Positions 39,851 to 56,402 of a stretch of 62,099 bases of DNA are shown here, in pieces. Within the stretch, counting starts at the first letter, position 1. Each line of letters starts with the position of its first letter. The position numbers were made by a program, and so were the translations under genes. The stretch covers positions 1 to 62,099 of the forward strand of contig LXFE01000309.1 in assembly GCA_001929475.1 (NCBI GenBank), in the 5' to 3' direction. Under the pieces are notes generated by a model. The model was not told the DNA's origin and ran no database searches. It was given only the letters and a program-made list of their open reading frames with translations. Source of the stretch: Neolecta irregularis DAH-3. Lineage: Eukaryota.

Positions 39851-42259
39851 ATGATATTGACAAGGGCCATCATGAATCTCTCAAAGGATGTACTGGCGTC
39901 ACCAAAAGCGAGGGGCACAGCTCTGATCCCGTCAGCTACAAAGAGGAGACAAAGAGGCACTTTATCTGGCGATTCTCCGCCCAATCCTTCCCTAAGCTCA
40001 GGCATTTTCTCGGGATTGACGCTGTATTTCTTTCCTAGTTCTTCGATAAGCTCCACACGACAGAAACGAATGAAACTTGCAGAGCAAGACGGCGCGAAGC
40101 TTGCTCAGAAGTTGACAGATGACGTTACTCATGTGATTGTCGATAAAAACCTGACCGGCTCTATGATACGCAAAATGTCGCTGTTGTCCGAGGTGCGACC
40201 TTTTGGCAAGACTAAGCTCATGGAAAGTTACCAGTAGGATTGATTGGCATACTTGTATCTCACTTCTATAGAAAGATGCCACTATTGTTAATCACAAGTG
40301 GCTCCCGGATTGCTTGTCCGTAAACCCTCCCATACACTATTGGTATCTCTGATCAAGAGTTTCGGCGCATACAAGCCGTCAGCGATACGTATTCAGTTCC
40401 TGAACTGAGTCTGGATCGCGATATTTCACCTGGGCCCTCCAGCGCTCAATCTCCAGGAAGCTCGACAACAAGGAAGAGATCCGTTAGGAAGAGGCAGAAC
40501 CAGGACGAGGAAACAAATCAGGCGAACATAATGAACGAAAGGTACAATATCTTGACCTAACCTTTTAATCCAAAGTTCATGGAATGAATCCAATATTGTC
40601 AATCAAACTTCAGATGATAATAGGAAACAGAGTGGACAGGTCAGAATAGATATTTCAACGATAGAAGAACCGATAGGGAGAATATCGGAAGCTTCATCTG
40701 ATCAAGATTTTGAACAATGTATAGCAATCACGAAGAAATCTTTCGTGAGGGTGATTACTTTCAAGGTTTTTCAGATTAATTTCAATAGACTGGCGGCAAC
40801 GAACTATCCACTGTGTCGAGTCCTGAAGGTTCTGATCCTGCCAGTACCGACCAAGTCACCTGTAAACTACAGTTGCCATCACCCCCAAAACGACAACGCA
40901 AGACAAAATCGAATACAGAAAATTGGGAGGCCGATTTCCAATGTATGCATGAACATACTGGACATAATCTCGAAGAAAATCCAAACTCCTATACTATTGG
41001 AATAGCACGACCCCTTTTATCTCACCACTGATTGGAATAGCTGGAGCAGTTGAGGGATCATTATAAGCGAACTCAAGACCAATGGAGGACAAAGGCAGTC
41101 CAGCAGTTCTATCTTCACTTACCGTCAGAGTTATCGTGAAGCAATAGCAGTTTTGAGGAATCAGAAAGAGTACATAAAAACAGCAGAGGAAGCCAGTAAG
41201 TTAAAGGGAATTGGTCCCGGGATTTCTAAAAAGATTGAAGAGATTGGTAAAATTTCTTCTTCACATAGTTTGAGACTAAAAACAAATAGTTCAGACTGGT
41301 CATCTGGAAAAGCTCGATTCACTAGGCACAAGCGACAAAGTTCTTGAAATGTTTCTAGGGGTTTACAGTATTCCAGTTCTTCGGAATTAATGATAATTGT
41401 AGGATGCGGTCCGAAAACAGCAGAAAAGTGGATACAGGCTGGGTGTCGTTCACTTGAAGATGTCAAACTATGGGGAAACCCTAGTCCCGCTCAACTTATT
41501 GGGATAGAGCTCTACGAAGATCTACATACGCGGATCTCGCGAGATGAAGTAACAGAACAATATGAAATGGTGAAAAATTCCGCCCAAAGGATTGACCCGG
41601 GTCTGATAGTGTACCCTATGGGAAGTTATCGGAGGGGTGCGACGGAATGCGGCGATGTCAGTTTTCTTTGGTCTGCAAACTAATCATCAAGATTGACATT
41701 GTTATCACAAAAGAGAACGCCGAAATGCCTGAACTAGCAGCCTCACTTCCGAAAATTCTGCAGGATCTTCACCAGAAACAAGTAATTATTCGTGGTCCTG
41801 CTGAGGTCGGCGGTGGCGTCGATAATAGCAAATGGCAAGGCATTTCCAAGTTGCCGAAGCCAGGTGCCCTGCATCGACGTATGGACATCCTACTTATTCC
41901 ATGGAACGAGAGAGGTGCTGCATTCATATATTTTGTTTGATATTTTTGTGAATTGTCTCTGATTAAGTAGACCGGTAATGACATCTTCAACCGAAGCATA
42001 CGTCTGTTGGCCAATAGGAAGGGATATAGATTGAGCGAAAAAGGTTTATTTAAGGTGACAGGGCGTCTTGTGTGAATGCTGAATGCAGATTGCGCAAATA
42101 GGGAGACTGAGAGAGAATATTCCCATAGGAAGTCTCGTTGTGAGCGATAGGGAAGAAGATATTTTTAAGTTTCTCGGTGTCCCATTCAAGTATGGTCTTT
42201 CCTTGCCCACAGTGAAGTTGCTGAATTTTTATAGGCCACCAGAACTGCGGAACTGCTAG
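39851..42259 (+). CDS. POL4: Family X DNA polymerase (Pol4/lambda-like) with N-terminal BRCT domain
   Basis: BRCT (VTHVIVD...WLPDCL), GIGPGISKKI, GSYRRGATECGD|IDI, RRMDILLIP, YF|TGNDIFNRSIR, ends PPELRNC*. The start codon is uncertain. Confidence 0.92.
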
Positions 42260-42587
42260 GTTTTAGGCTGTTATATATTTTCGCCTTTAGTTTTGTACCA
42301 CTCGCAGCCCTCCGTAAGATGAGAATAATTATTCCATTGGTGGTTACTGCATCTCTTTCCTCTCTTGAAATTCCTGGTCGTCAGGTACTGAAAACCAGCA
42401 AGTCAAAAAGGTCCGTGCTCATGGATGGCAACAGAAGGGAACAGAGGGATTGTAGTAGTTGACGTGCACAAAAATATGGAGACAAATGAAAAACAACAGG
42501 GTTAAATAGTCTTTCTCATGTTCTACGAATGCAAAAAATGCTAGTTTTCCTAAAACAATACACTGGCGCGCCGACCACTTACGTACA

Positions 42588-43479
42588 TCACTGATCCTGA
42601 GCTTGCAAATCAGCCGCCCTCTGGGCTATAGCTGCCGGCATGAAGTACTCGTGATACATTTGCTTTCGTTCCCTCCGCTGACTTGCATATACACTATTTA
42701 GTTCTCGTACAGATTTGGCATGAGCAAACATCCCATCCAACGAAACACTTTGATGTGCCTCCCGATGAGGCACTAATGCAGGATCCCGCAGATTCTTTTT
42801 CGGGCGAGGAGTTCGTTCGTCTTGAGGAATTGCAAAGGTAGCTGGAGGAAGTTGTGGGAGGTCTGCATCGGCAATATCTGAGGCAGTAAATCCTTCAGTA
42901 ATAGCTTCTTTCTCCCAGTAATCGTCAATAACTCTACGGCCGTCCTTGATCATTTTACCTCCAAAAGCACGGAAAACACTCCTGGCGGTTACAACAGCAA
43001 TTTGCCTCGATCGATAGCTCTGAGGGATGATACCAGTGGTAATCAAAAAGTCTTTCTCGGCCTAGGAGTCAATTCAAAGACAGACATGAATTATGTGCCT
43101 GGGTTGAAACGATCTTTTTAAGCGATTTGTTCTTCTGGTAGAATAGATACGAATCGCGATACCCTAAAGGCCTGGCCGCCTCAGTTGCCAACATGAATTT
43201 CTTTTCTCCTCGACCAAGGAATTTAAATGTCCGGACCTTGAACTCTCGCCCACTTAGAAGATCACCATCTTCTGTTATCTTTGATTCGCCAGCTTCATCG
43301 ATATCTGATATTGAGTGTTCGTCGGGATCTTGTTTGATAGTTTGGAGGGAAGATGAAGCGACATTTTCAATAGCTTCTGATGGTTTACGCTCGCGGCGCT
43401 TGACTCTAATTTGCTCATCTTCAGAATCCTCTTCAAATTCTGTGAGTGGAGAATCGCCTTTCGAATCATCGAAGTCCAT
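42588..43479 (-). CDS. Chromatin-remodelling subunit of the Rsc7/Swp82 (Npl6) family
   Basis: GESKITEDGDLLSGREFKVRTF...FMLATEAARPLGYRDSYLF, YRSRQIAVVTARSVFRAFG...VIDDYWE; one GC-AG intron (43062-43098). Confidence 0.88.
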
Positions 43480-43616
43480 ATGGTATTAAGGAAAGGGTTT
43501 ACTTTCAAGTCACGTTGATCCTACGTCACTTACATAGACTCACCTGTATTTACTTCTAGATATGTTCATTTATATACCACTCCTTCATCTAGATTCTTTG
43601 AAGGCTGAATAGGTAG

Positions 43617-45129
43617 TTATACCGACTTCTCACTGAGTGCCAAGATTCCCGGAAGGTCTTTTCCTTCTAGTAGTTCAAGGGAAGCTCCACCTAAAGGTTA
43701 CAGTTGAATCGTTTGAATCTAAATACCTCCAGTTGAAACATGGCTAAGTTCATTCTCCATCCCCCATCTATAGACGGCTGATGCAGTATCTCCTCCGCCT
43801 TCAACTGTCAGGATGCAATTGGGACAAATGCCAAACCGATTATTACAGTTGTTCCAGTGCGGGCAGCTTCGACGGCAGCTTGAAGGGTAGCTTTGGTTCC
43901 TTCGGCAAATTTGTCGAACTCGAAAACGCCGCAAGGACTTGCTTGTCAGGCATTGATAGCATGGCAACCTCGTACCCGTTCCAGAGAATCGTCTTTGCGT
44001 TGAGGATTGCTCTCTTAAAAAGCTCTCTAGACTTCTCACCACAGTCTAAACCCATCCATGAGTCCGGAATCCCTTGTTCATCATTTGCATATCCAATCTC
44101 CGCATTCTTGTCAAACTTATCGGCTGTCACATAATCGATAGGGAAAATGATGCTGACATTGAGTCTTTTGGCCTTCTCCAGGATTGCTTTGACGACCTTC
44201 GCTCCGGCTTCGTCGTACAATGATTGGCCAATCTTGCGTCAATAAGAAGGCAGAGAGGTTGCACACCTTGACGTGCTCGAGAGTCTTTTTGAACGTGAAG
44301 GCCATACCTCCACAGATGATGAGTGAGTCGACCTTTGGTAGGAGATTTTCAATCAATTGGATCTTGTCAGAGACTTTAGCTCCCCCGAGAATAGCCAGGA
44401 ATGGATGTTTAGGCTCCTCAAGTGCTTTGGAAAAATATTCAAGCTCTTTAGCCATTAACAGGCCGCTTGCTTTCTGAGCAAGGTCAATGCCAACCATTGA
44501 GCTATGAGCCCGATGTGCAGTTCCGAAAGCATCATCTATGAATTAGCCCAGGACAAGTATAACATTAACGTACTGACGTAGACATCGCCGAGAGCCGTGA
44601 GACTTCTCCGAAACTGTTGGACCATCTCGGAGTCCGCCTCGATCTCCTTCCCTTCCTGGTTTTTGGTGCTACCCTCTTCTTCGATATGGAAACGCAAATT
44701 TTCTAGTAAGATGATTTCACCTATCAATTGGCATTGCAACAAAGCAAGGCATGCCATCCTTGATATTCTGGCATCTATATTCAACTGGACCTCCTACACA
44801 ATCGTCAAGAAATGTGACTGGCTTGCTAAGCAAGCGTCCCAATTCTTTAGCAACGGGCTTCAGCGAGTACTTGCTAACAACTTTTCCATTTGGTCGCCCA
44901 AGATGAGACATCAGAACAACAGCCTTAGCACCTTGATATTGTGAGGATTGAAGATATATTGAGTCGTACCATTATCCAAACAGTACTTGATTGTCGGAAG
45001 GGCTGCAACAATTCGTTGATTGTTTGTGATTTTCCCGTCTTGAATAGGCACATTAAAATCGACACGGCAAAGAACCCGTTTTCCCCTGATTTGCAGGTCT
45101 GTTATAGCGAGTTTCGACGAAAGAGACAT
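43617..45129 (-). CDS. PGK1: Phosphoglycerate kinase
   Basis: [72 protein letters not shown]. Confidence 0.97.
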
Positions 45130-45293
45130 GGTGGTTGAATAAAAATGGGAAGATACAGGTTTTGGTGATGACGTGAATCTTCCGACCTGTTCCGATTTAC
45201 GAAAAATATCATAGTGAGGGGAAACAAATTCCTTAGAGGATTTTATTGAACTTTTCTGCAAGTATTTCCTATTTATATACTATACAAGCGAGT

Positions 45294-45711
45294 TTAACCT
45301 GTCATCGGATTAGGATGTGCGCCTGGGTTGGAGACTTTGTCCAGTTCCGCTCTTGAATATATCAGCATTTGTAGAATACACAGTGGTCGTACTTCAATAA
45401 CTTTGAAAAGTCATCTTCGACATCATCGTCATCCCAGTTGTTTTCCCATAAATGGTTCTTATTTGTAGGCAGACCGATTTTTGTATCAGCGTCTTCCCAA
45501 TCTAAATGTTAGTATCACTTCAATTGCGCCGTTAATCGCACCTTCTACCGGAAAGTCTTCGAACTCGTCGTCATCCCCGAATCCTAAGGGTTTTTTCTGC
45601 TCGGTTGCTTTCTTAATTGGTTTTTCAGTCTGAGATGTCGACGATTTTGGTTGTTGAGCGACCTAAATTAATAGTCTGGTCTGGTTCTTTGATTTCGTAT
45701 ACCTTGGACAT
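45294..45711 (-). CDS. SEM1: Proteasome lid subunit Sem1/DSS1 (absent from the ORF track)
   Basis: Four exons: MSK|...DDDEFEDFPVE|DWED...HLWENNWDDDDVEDDFSKLL|KAELDK... Confidence 0.92.
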
Positions 45712-46180
45712 ACTTAAGTTTCTGTGCAAACCTCTTATCTGGATAATGAAGGCTCCTCTAGGATCGTGTGGAGTTGGATTATACAATTGTAGGTTTTAGT
45801 ATTTAGTCAGCGCCACCTGTCGCAAAAGACTCACTTTTGGTAAGGATATACATTCTTCCTCAATGATGCTGCTTTAGATAACTTAAACATTAATTCACTT
45901 ATAAGTATATATTGTATTTTAAGAGAAAAAATGCTTTTAGAGATCTATCTGAGCACGCAGTACTACTTGTAATTACTCGGCTTGACAACAGAAATCGGTC
46001 GAGAAACTTTGCTTAATGAACGAAAAATTATTGCTGAGTCTATACCTTAATGCAGACATTGTCTGTCAGAAGTATGTACTATGTTATCTTACATAAGAAA
46101 AAAAGCAGACATGCACCGAGGGAAGACATAATAATAAACCAAAACCTCAAGATACCCAACACACCCCATATTAACCATAT

Positions 46181-48961
46181 TTAAGATGCAGGTGAATTCC
46201 GAAATCGTCCAGATGCCGGACGCCCCTCACAGTCAAATGATGGCCGGACCATGTCCGACATTGCAAATAAGAGCTCGTCCTCTTCCACTCCGATATTGAA
46301 ATTATAAACTCCACTACCGCTTCCTGAATTGTTACGCTTCGCACCTTCTTGGGAAACTCGTCTCCCAGATTCATCTGCAGTTAGGCTGAGTGTAGAACTT
46401 GATGGCGAAAGCATGTGCCGTCCTCTTGATATGAATCTGCGAGCCGAACCAAGGCCTCGACTTGAAGTTTCAGATGTCGAAGTCTGCTGTAGAGCCGTTG
46501 TTCTAGCACCAGCTGCTGGTTTATCTGCTGACTTCCCACTCTCGGGACTTTTGTTCATTTCTCTGTTGGTTTTCTCGCGTTGGATATTCAAATTCTCCAT
46601 CGATATCCGCCCTATTGCTGAAAGTCCATCAAGACTACCGAGGGATGCCGGATGTTTGCGTGTATTTTCTCTTATCTCAGTCATATGATCATCCGGCGCA
46701 AAGGTAAACGAACTGGCCCTGACGCGACGGTAAATGTTAGGCGAGGATGGTATGTCTAACGGTGTGCTTTTTGGCGACATAGTTGGAAAAAGGCAGAGAA
46801 TATCCCGACGTTGTGTTTCAGATGATTGATCGATAGATATCTGATGAGCTCCAACAAACTCCTCGCTAAGCCTAGACGGAACAGCAGGAATGTGGGGAGA
46901 TGTAGATTTCAAATGTATCGGGGATGAAAAGTTTACTGGTTCTGAATCTGAAAGGAGCTTTTTTAGATTTGACGATGATGGAAGAGACGAGGGTTGGATT
47001 GACCCTGAACTTGAGAGCGATTCACCGAAAGCTACATGAGATTCTTTCAACTTGTGGAACCTATCAAGGGTATTCTATATATTAAAAGAAATACAACAAG
47101 GTGTCATACTTTATCTCGAGATCCAGCTGATTCGATGATAGGTGCACAGTTCGAAAGCTTCAATGGTTGTTTGCTATCGATCATCTTGACAAAATCTGCA
47201 ACTTCTTCATCGTCATTCTCTAAGAAAGGAGACCCTAACTTGCTAGAATCAGGGAATCCCTCAACATGACCGGTGGAAACTCGGCGATAACTGCCTGCAG
47301 AAGTAAAACTACCGGATCTTCGATGCCCAAAACTGCTGCTATAGCGAGGTGCGGGTGACGGTGGCGGGGAGGAGGTAATTTGTTGAGCACCCTGCTGTTG
47401 GACTGGCACGGGCGTTATTTCAGACCTCAATGACGAAGAAGCCCTCAGGGAACCCGGACGCGAATTCGGTCGTTGTATCGACGAGGACGAGGGTACTCTG
47501 TGAACGGATAGCTTAGGAGAGGTAGAATGTTCATACGAGGATGGTGAAGCAGAAAGCGATGGTGCCTTAAAAGGTTGATGAGTAAAGACCATAGAAGAAT
47601 GTCGACGACTTGGCTCCTATGAAATTCGCATATTATCAAAGTTTTGGGAACATACCTGAGACCCAAGTGAAGACCTCGAGGTTCTTCCTGCAGATGTCGT
47701 CTCGCCGTAATGTCTCGGTGAGCTTCCAGATGGGGTTCTCAAGGAGTTTAGAGGACTTTCTCTCTGACTACCAGGCAAATTTGATGATAAACTGCCCTGT
47801 AGGTTGATTTGTCCGGGTGTTGGGAGGGATGGTCGTTGTGAGGTCGATACCTTTCCACTCCTGGTCGCAGTCCCGTCAGAATGAGTGCGAAATTGAAACC
47901 CTTGATCATGGTGAATGAACTGAGAACTTAACAGGGCTTCCGATTCGCTGACGCGAAAATCGCACATGCTTCGATAAGATACCTGTAGGTTGAAATTTCT
48001 TCGTATTAATTCAATGAGAATGCATTGGATATACCCAGCGGGCGAAATAATGGGACCAAAAGTATACTGATTAACCGAATCTGACTCTCCGACCAAAGGA
48101 GTGCCGATATCTGTACAACGATAATCTAGACTGCGACGATCGGAGCTGAGAATGCGACACCCGAGCTTGAGATTGTAGTTTCCTAGCTTCGACTTTTCCA
48201 TTCTTCGTTTCAAGTTCCAAGAAGGTAAAAGTCGCGTCTGGGCGAATAAAGTACGAAAGTATACAATCGATTTTTTGTAGACGACTGGTAGATCAGGCGG
48301 ATTCGGACGAACGGGCTTTCTACTTCAATGAGAACAGTTCATTGGTTGCAAGAAGGGACCTGAGTTCTAGCTTCCATCGTTCCAAGATAATCTCGCCACC
48401 TTTGACATGCCTACCGCCCGAATCGACATTCCTTCTGCGTCCATTATCATCTACAAGAAGGAGAACTTGATTCGTCGTCATATCGCGTGTATCAAGAAAG
48501 ACGTCGATGATCATAGGTTTGTAGTCTTCCAGGTCTTCGTTGAATTTCCATAAAGCCAGCTCATCTTTAAATGCCTCAGTCTCTTCAATATCGATACTAA
48601 ACTAATGGTTAGCATAGTAGTTATATTGATGTTCCATGCCCATCGATTCGCTCTTTTATTCAAGGTACCACGCTGATAGGATGGCTGAGTATCGATTCGT
48701 GATTGAATCACAACAATCGCGGTCTTGGTGAAGAAGTTCTATTTATCAGCGAAACAGCGCATAAAGTGGATTTGCCTGAAGGATTTGGTTTAACTTGGCC
48801 AAACGCGTAGGAACGTTCGAATACATGGGCGGGTTCGACAGATTTCCATCTTGAGGAAGCGGAGGAGCTACTGGGGGACTGTTTGAGTGTGCGGAATTGT
48901 ATTCATTGGAAGCATCGCGCTGTGACGACGGCCGGGACGATGGCAATGGGCGATAGGCCAT
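46181..48961 (-). CDS. ATG13: Autophagy protein Atg13 (HORMA domain plus long S-rich disordered region)
   Basis: KLNQILQ|NFFTK, NRW|FSIDIEE, IILERWKLEL, DLPVVYKKSIVYFRTL, VSYRSMCDFRVSESEALLS, PRYSSSF, DEEVADFVKMID, EEDELLFAMSD. Confidence 0.9.
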
Positions 48962-49325
48962 GCTATATCATTGTTTGGAGATATGCCAACTCCAGACAGG
49001 GTATGAACCGGCGAGGAAGGCGGGTTGAGATGGAGGTGGATGTTTGGCAGGTGCGATATGGTAGTCGACTTGGGAAGAGTCCTCATTGGGTACACCCCAG
49101 AAACGCTCAGTTTGTCTGATTCAACATGGTTACTCTTACAATATACTGGGATTCGCACTTGTTGTATTATCTCGAGGCTTACAATATCGGCCCGTCCCGG
49201 AAAACGCCCATGATTACATATCAAAATCAGTTTCATAATTCATGAGACACCGCATTTTCCATTTTACAGGTTCTGCAGTCTCGAAAGCGAGGAAAGTTTG
49301 GCCTGCTCATTCTTGAAACCGTTAG

Positions 49326-52230
<2,905 letters not shown>

Positions 52231-52579
52231 CGTCCGACAATAATCTGATCAATTTTATGAATGAATGAGATATCAGAACCGAGTATTCACTTGGGTTCGA
52301 CTTCAAGAACGATGAATGGAAGCAAATTATACCAGACCTTGTGAAGAAAAGGGATGCTGTTGTTTCGAAAAAAGGGAAAATCGAACAAATTCCAAAAGAT
52401 AGTAAAATAAACTGGTCGCAAAGAATGCCGGAGAATCTTTTGTTAGAAGCGCGACATTGTGTCGAGAGGTAATCAAATTGCAAAGTCAGAACGGGGAGAG
52501 TTTGTGAAACCCAGGAATGCAACAGCCCAAAGATATTTGATGAGCTCCATTCAATTAAACACAAGAGAAATTCCTCTAG

Positions 52580-53036
52580 TTAAGCCTATGAGACATAGTC
52601 AGCACCATCTATATCCGGTCCGATGGTTGGTACCTTCAACGCGTATTTTCGCTGAGGAAAATGGATATCCTTCTTTTTTTGCTTCTCTGTTTTTAAATTT
52701 CGCTCGTGGGTCGTCAGTCTTCGTCGAATGGCCCGAGTCTTCTTATATCTGAGATCTATGGGCATATTTTTATCTCCACGATACTTCAGTTGAAGATTGT
52801 GTCGGGTTTGAGCATTAATAACTGTAAGAACCCGGGCAATGTCTTTTCGGACTTTTTGGCTGGCAAGATCAGCTCTACCTTCTATTGATATGGGTATACA
52901 TTTTTATGATTTTTGAGGCGGCACCGCCGGCGATCTTCTGGACCCGTAGCGTATTCAGCTCGTGCTTGAGTTCATCGAGCTGTTGGGTAAGCTCCGCTTT
53001 GGATTTCTGGCGCAGTTCGTAAGCCGAATTCTTCAT
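52580..53036 (-). CDS. RPL35: 60S ribosomal protein L35 (uL29) (absent from the ORF track)
   Basis: [27 protein letters not shown]...[13 protein letters not shown]...[15 protein letters not shown]...[10 protein letters not shown]; two introns. An additional upstream exon is possible. Confidence 0.95.
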
Positions 53037-53097
53037 TTCTGGTGGAAAGAGGTAGTAAGCTGGACTGTTGGATGTAAAGGATTGCGGTGAGATCTGC

Positions 53098-53105
53098 CAG
53101 TCACG
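53098..53105 (+). promoter_or_regulatory. Homol-D-like box (CAGTCACG) in the RPL35/GOS1 bidirectional promoter
   Basis: One mismatch from the fission-yeast ribosomal-protein promoter element CAGTCACA; about 60 nt from the RPL35 ATG. Confidence 0.5.
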
Positions 53106-53169
53106 AATGGCTACTAATTAGTGAACCAACTAATTATAACCTCCATGCCACTTTACGCCTATCTTTGTA

Positions 53170-53980
53170 ATGTCATCTGCAACTCCAACAACTGCTTGGG
53201 CTACCCTCCGCAACCAGTCAAGGCGACTAGAAGAAGAAACAGATGTATTGTTTTCGAGATACTCGGCCTTGGCTAGCGAGTCTGTGTCCTCTGTAGACGA
53301 AACTGTTGAATCTTCCATCAGAGATTCGCTCATGCGAGTACGTCTGGTTGTAGTTTTAATAATTCACCGAACAGAGGGGGCAAATCGTTGAAAGCCTGTC
53401 GATAAGTCTAGATTCAGATTCTGGAGCAAGTGCTGCAAAGACACACCAACTTGCTAGATCAAGAGAGATTTTGGCTGACCATGAGAGGGAATTCGCTCGT
53501 CTGAAGGTACCTGGATCCCCGGTCAATTGCTCATTTGTTACAGGCGAATCTGCAACAATCACGCAATCATGCTAACCTGCTTTCATCAGTTCGTCAGGAC
53601 ATCAAGTATGAGCCTAAAGTGAGTGTTTGCTCAACCATCCAGCATATTTCGTGCACAGTCAGAATCGTCAACATCCGATCAGTTTCTACGAGAGCACGAA
53701 AGTATTTCTAGTTCTCATCGCATGACGGATAGTATACTCGCTCAAGCGTACGAGACCAGGGACGAGTTTGGAAGACAACGAGCTGCCTTGTCTCGGATGA
53801 ATATGAGACTGTTAAACTCTGCGAGTATCCTTTATTTTGTCACAACATATCTAACGTCTAGGCTCAATTCCTGGCTTAAATAAAATTATTGGCAAAATCA
53901 ACACTCGGAAAAAACGAGACAGCGTTATTCTCGCAGTCATCATCTCCATGTGTATCTGTGTCTTTTTATTCTGGGGGTGA
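53170..53980 (+). CDS. GOS1: Golgi SNARE Gos1/GOSR1
   Basis: WATLRNQSRRLE N-terminus, SHRMTDSILAQAYETRDEF SNARE helix, IPGLNKIIGKINTRKKRDSVIL, C-terminal TM segment. Confidence 0.9.
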
Positions 53981-53981
53981 A

Positions 53982-54957
53982 TCATGCTGGTTTCTGGAGT
54001 TCAGATAAGCTGCTGGCTTCCTCGTATAATCGTTTCGCACAATGAAGTAAGCTTTCTTTTTCATCTGAACTTGCTTCACCACATGCTGCCCACCGTATTC
54101 TACAGTCCGAATCCACAAGGTAGACATATCCAAGGTATGAATTCATAAGCCCGATGGAAGGCTTTACATGCTTGTCCAGCCTGGTGATAAAGAAATAGCG
54201 ATCCTGACATTAATTGAAGGCCCTGCAGAATAACTTGCATGGCGATGATCGGGAACGACATTCCTCAATCCTGGAAGACACGCCCAGACTATGGCAGCTT
54301 TTAAGTAATTTTCTTGTATGTTCAGTTCCACCAGACCATCATCTCCAAAGGCTTTCACGAAAAGATCTTGATACACATTACATTGATCATCACCGAACTT
54401 TGACGTGCTAATGGTCACTAATGACACTTTGTTCTCTTTAATAGTGGGGGTTGTATCTCGGTCTTTTGACTTCAATGTTCGACCATGAAAATTGGGTATA
54501 TATTGTGCTTTCTGAGAAGTCAGTCAAAAAAATATATCAGTAAAGCTACCTCCTTCTTGAAAATCCTCTTTGGTGCAATCCAATGCTAAAGATTCAAATG
54601 GGATTAGCCAGCGAATCATGACATACCTTCCCATTGTTTATTTTTATATCATGGAAATCTTTCCAGTAACTGGTAGAAATTTCAGACACACTTTTATTAG
54701 TATGCAAAATATAACAAGAATTATTACAGCTCCTGCCGCCGCTCTAGGTGTTTGTCGTAATTAACAAGATCTTCCTTTCGTTGCTTCCAAGATCTCTCGT
54801 CTTTTCCCAGATTTTCTCCTGCATGGGGTGGTGATGTCACCCCGATTGGCCTTGATAATGGCGGAATTGACAATGAAATGTGCCTTCGGCATTTGCTAAA
54901 AGTATGCGCAATCAAAGAGGTTCGGGAGTTGAACTTCCATACGTGGAAGATAGACAT
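53982..54957 (-). CDS. ATP10: Mitochondrial ATP synthase assembly factor Atp10
   Basis: PLSRPIG...PPHAGEN...[44 protein letters not shown]. Confidence 0.85.
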
Positions 54958-55042
54958 CGAGCCTGAATCTCCGGACTATTCGGACTATTGCGTTGGGATG
55001 ATGTCCAGCATCGTCAACTCCACGCATAATCCGTTATCGCAG

Positions 55043-56272
55043 ATGTCTGTCCAACCATCGAATTCGGCATGTTTGAATTTATTCCCAGCGATTAATCGTC
55101 AAGAAAAAGCGAAAACACTCATTTTCCCAGACTCCTCGGCAAAAGCGACCCAAAATCACGGGCAATTATGATGAAAATCGTCGCCGCGAAGATTTCGACA
55201 AGAAGCTGCAGCAATGCAAGAAAGAAGTAACCCAAGCGTTCAAAAAGGCAAAGACATTCGAGATCCAAAAGATTGCTAAAAGGATGAGGATAGCGAGGTG
55301 TACCCGCAGAAAATAACTATAACTTATTTTGTAGAAAATCAACTGATAATGAGACTTTGATTCGACTGGCTGAAGAGCTGGAAGCCGTTAAAGTATTTGG
55401 GACATATTCATTTTATTCATATACAGGCTCTCGATGTCGTCTTCCTAGCAAACTTTCATCTATACAGGATGCTATCAAGAAATCCACGAATCGCCGAAAC
55501 CAAATTCCTCCCACCTGTCCCTGAGAACAAATACCATGATGCTTCAAAACCCGTATTAAACGTTGTAGCGAGATTATACAATAGTAGGACCATTAAGGAT
55601 ACGAGCACCGGTACCACAATTTTGATGAACCGCCTTTTAGGAGATCACTTGAATCCTGAAAAAAGCAGTGATCGACCTACAGGAAAAATCTTTTTTAAGA
55701 TTGAAGGGGAGATAGATGAACTAGAGGGGGCATCTACACCTGTGAGTGGCAACTTTGAATTCAGCAAATTCGACTCGGAGAACGATATAGAAAGTGATTC
55801 TAAAGGAGGCGATGTTTCTTCGGAAGCTGATAGAAGTGCTCCCCCCCTCAAACAAAAATCTTCAAAGACAACAATTGTGCCGACAAGCATCTTGAAAGCA
55901 ACTACAAGCCATGCATCTACTTTCCTGCCGACATTGAGTGCAGGATATGTGCCAGGAGACAATGAATCAGATGCGGATGCCGAATATGAGGCGATATCTG
56001 GCGATAAATGTGAACGGAAGAATCGAAGGGGTCAACGAGCAAGGAGACAACTATGGGAAAAGAAATATGGGAAGAATGCAAACCATGTCAAGATTGAGGC
56101 AGAGAAAGAGCTCCTATTGCAAAAGCGGAAAGATCGATTTGCTAATCAACGTGTCTTGAAAGAAAATTCAGCGGCTGAAAGGCCCCTTCACCCGTCATGG
56201 GAAGCAAAAAAGAAGATGAGAGAGCAGCTCTCCTCTACAGCCAAATTCAGTGGGCAGAAAATAAAGTTCTAA
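55043..56272 (+). CDS. BUD22: Ribosome biogenesis protein Bud22/SRFBP1-like
   Basis: KKAKTFEIQK, STFLPTLSAGY, RKNRRGQRARRQLWEKKYGKNANH, PLHPSWEAKKK, FSGQKIKF. The start at 55043 assumes a GC-AG first intron. Confidence 0.9.
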
Positions 56273-56402
56273 TTAGTGCAACATAGTGTAAGATAAAGAT
56301 TAGCAAGTATTTAAAGAAATTGTGCCGTGACTGAATCTCATGTGATTGGTTATAGCGTGCCAGGTGAAATCTTGTCGTTGTAGAGATGCGTATAAGCTCT
56401 GT

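Noticed and set aside
34405-42259. Sir2 plus PolX as a prokaryote-style defence system or horizontal island
   Set aside because: The genes are intron-rich and match standard fungal Hst4 and Pol4 families.
52290-52305. tRNA T-loop-like GGTTCGA motifs (also about 38047)
   Set aside because: No cloverleaf stems or A-box around them.
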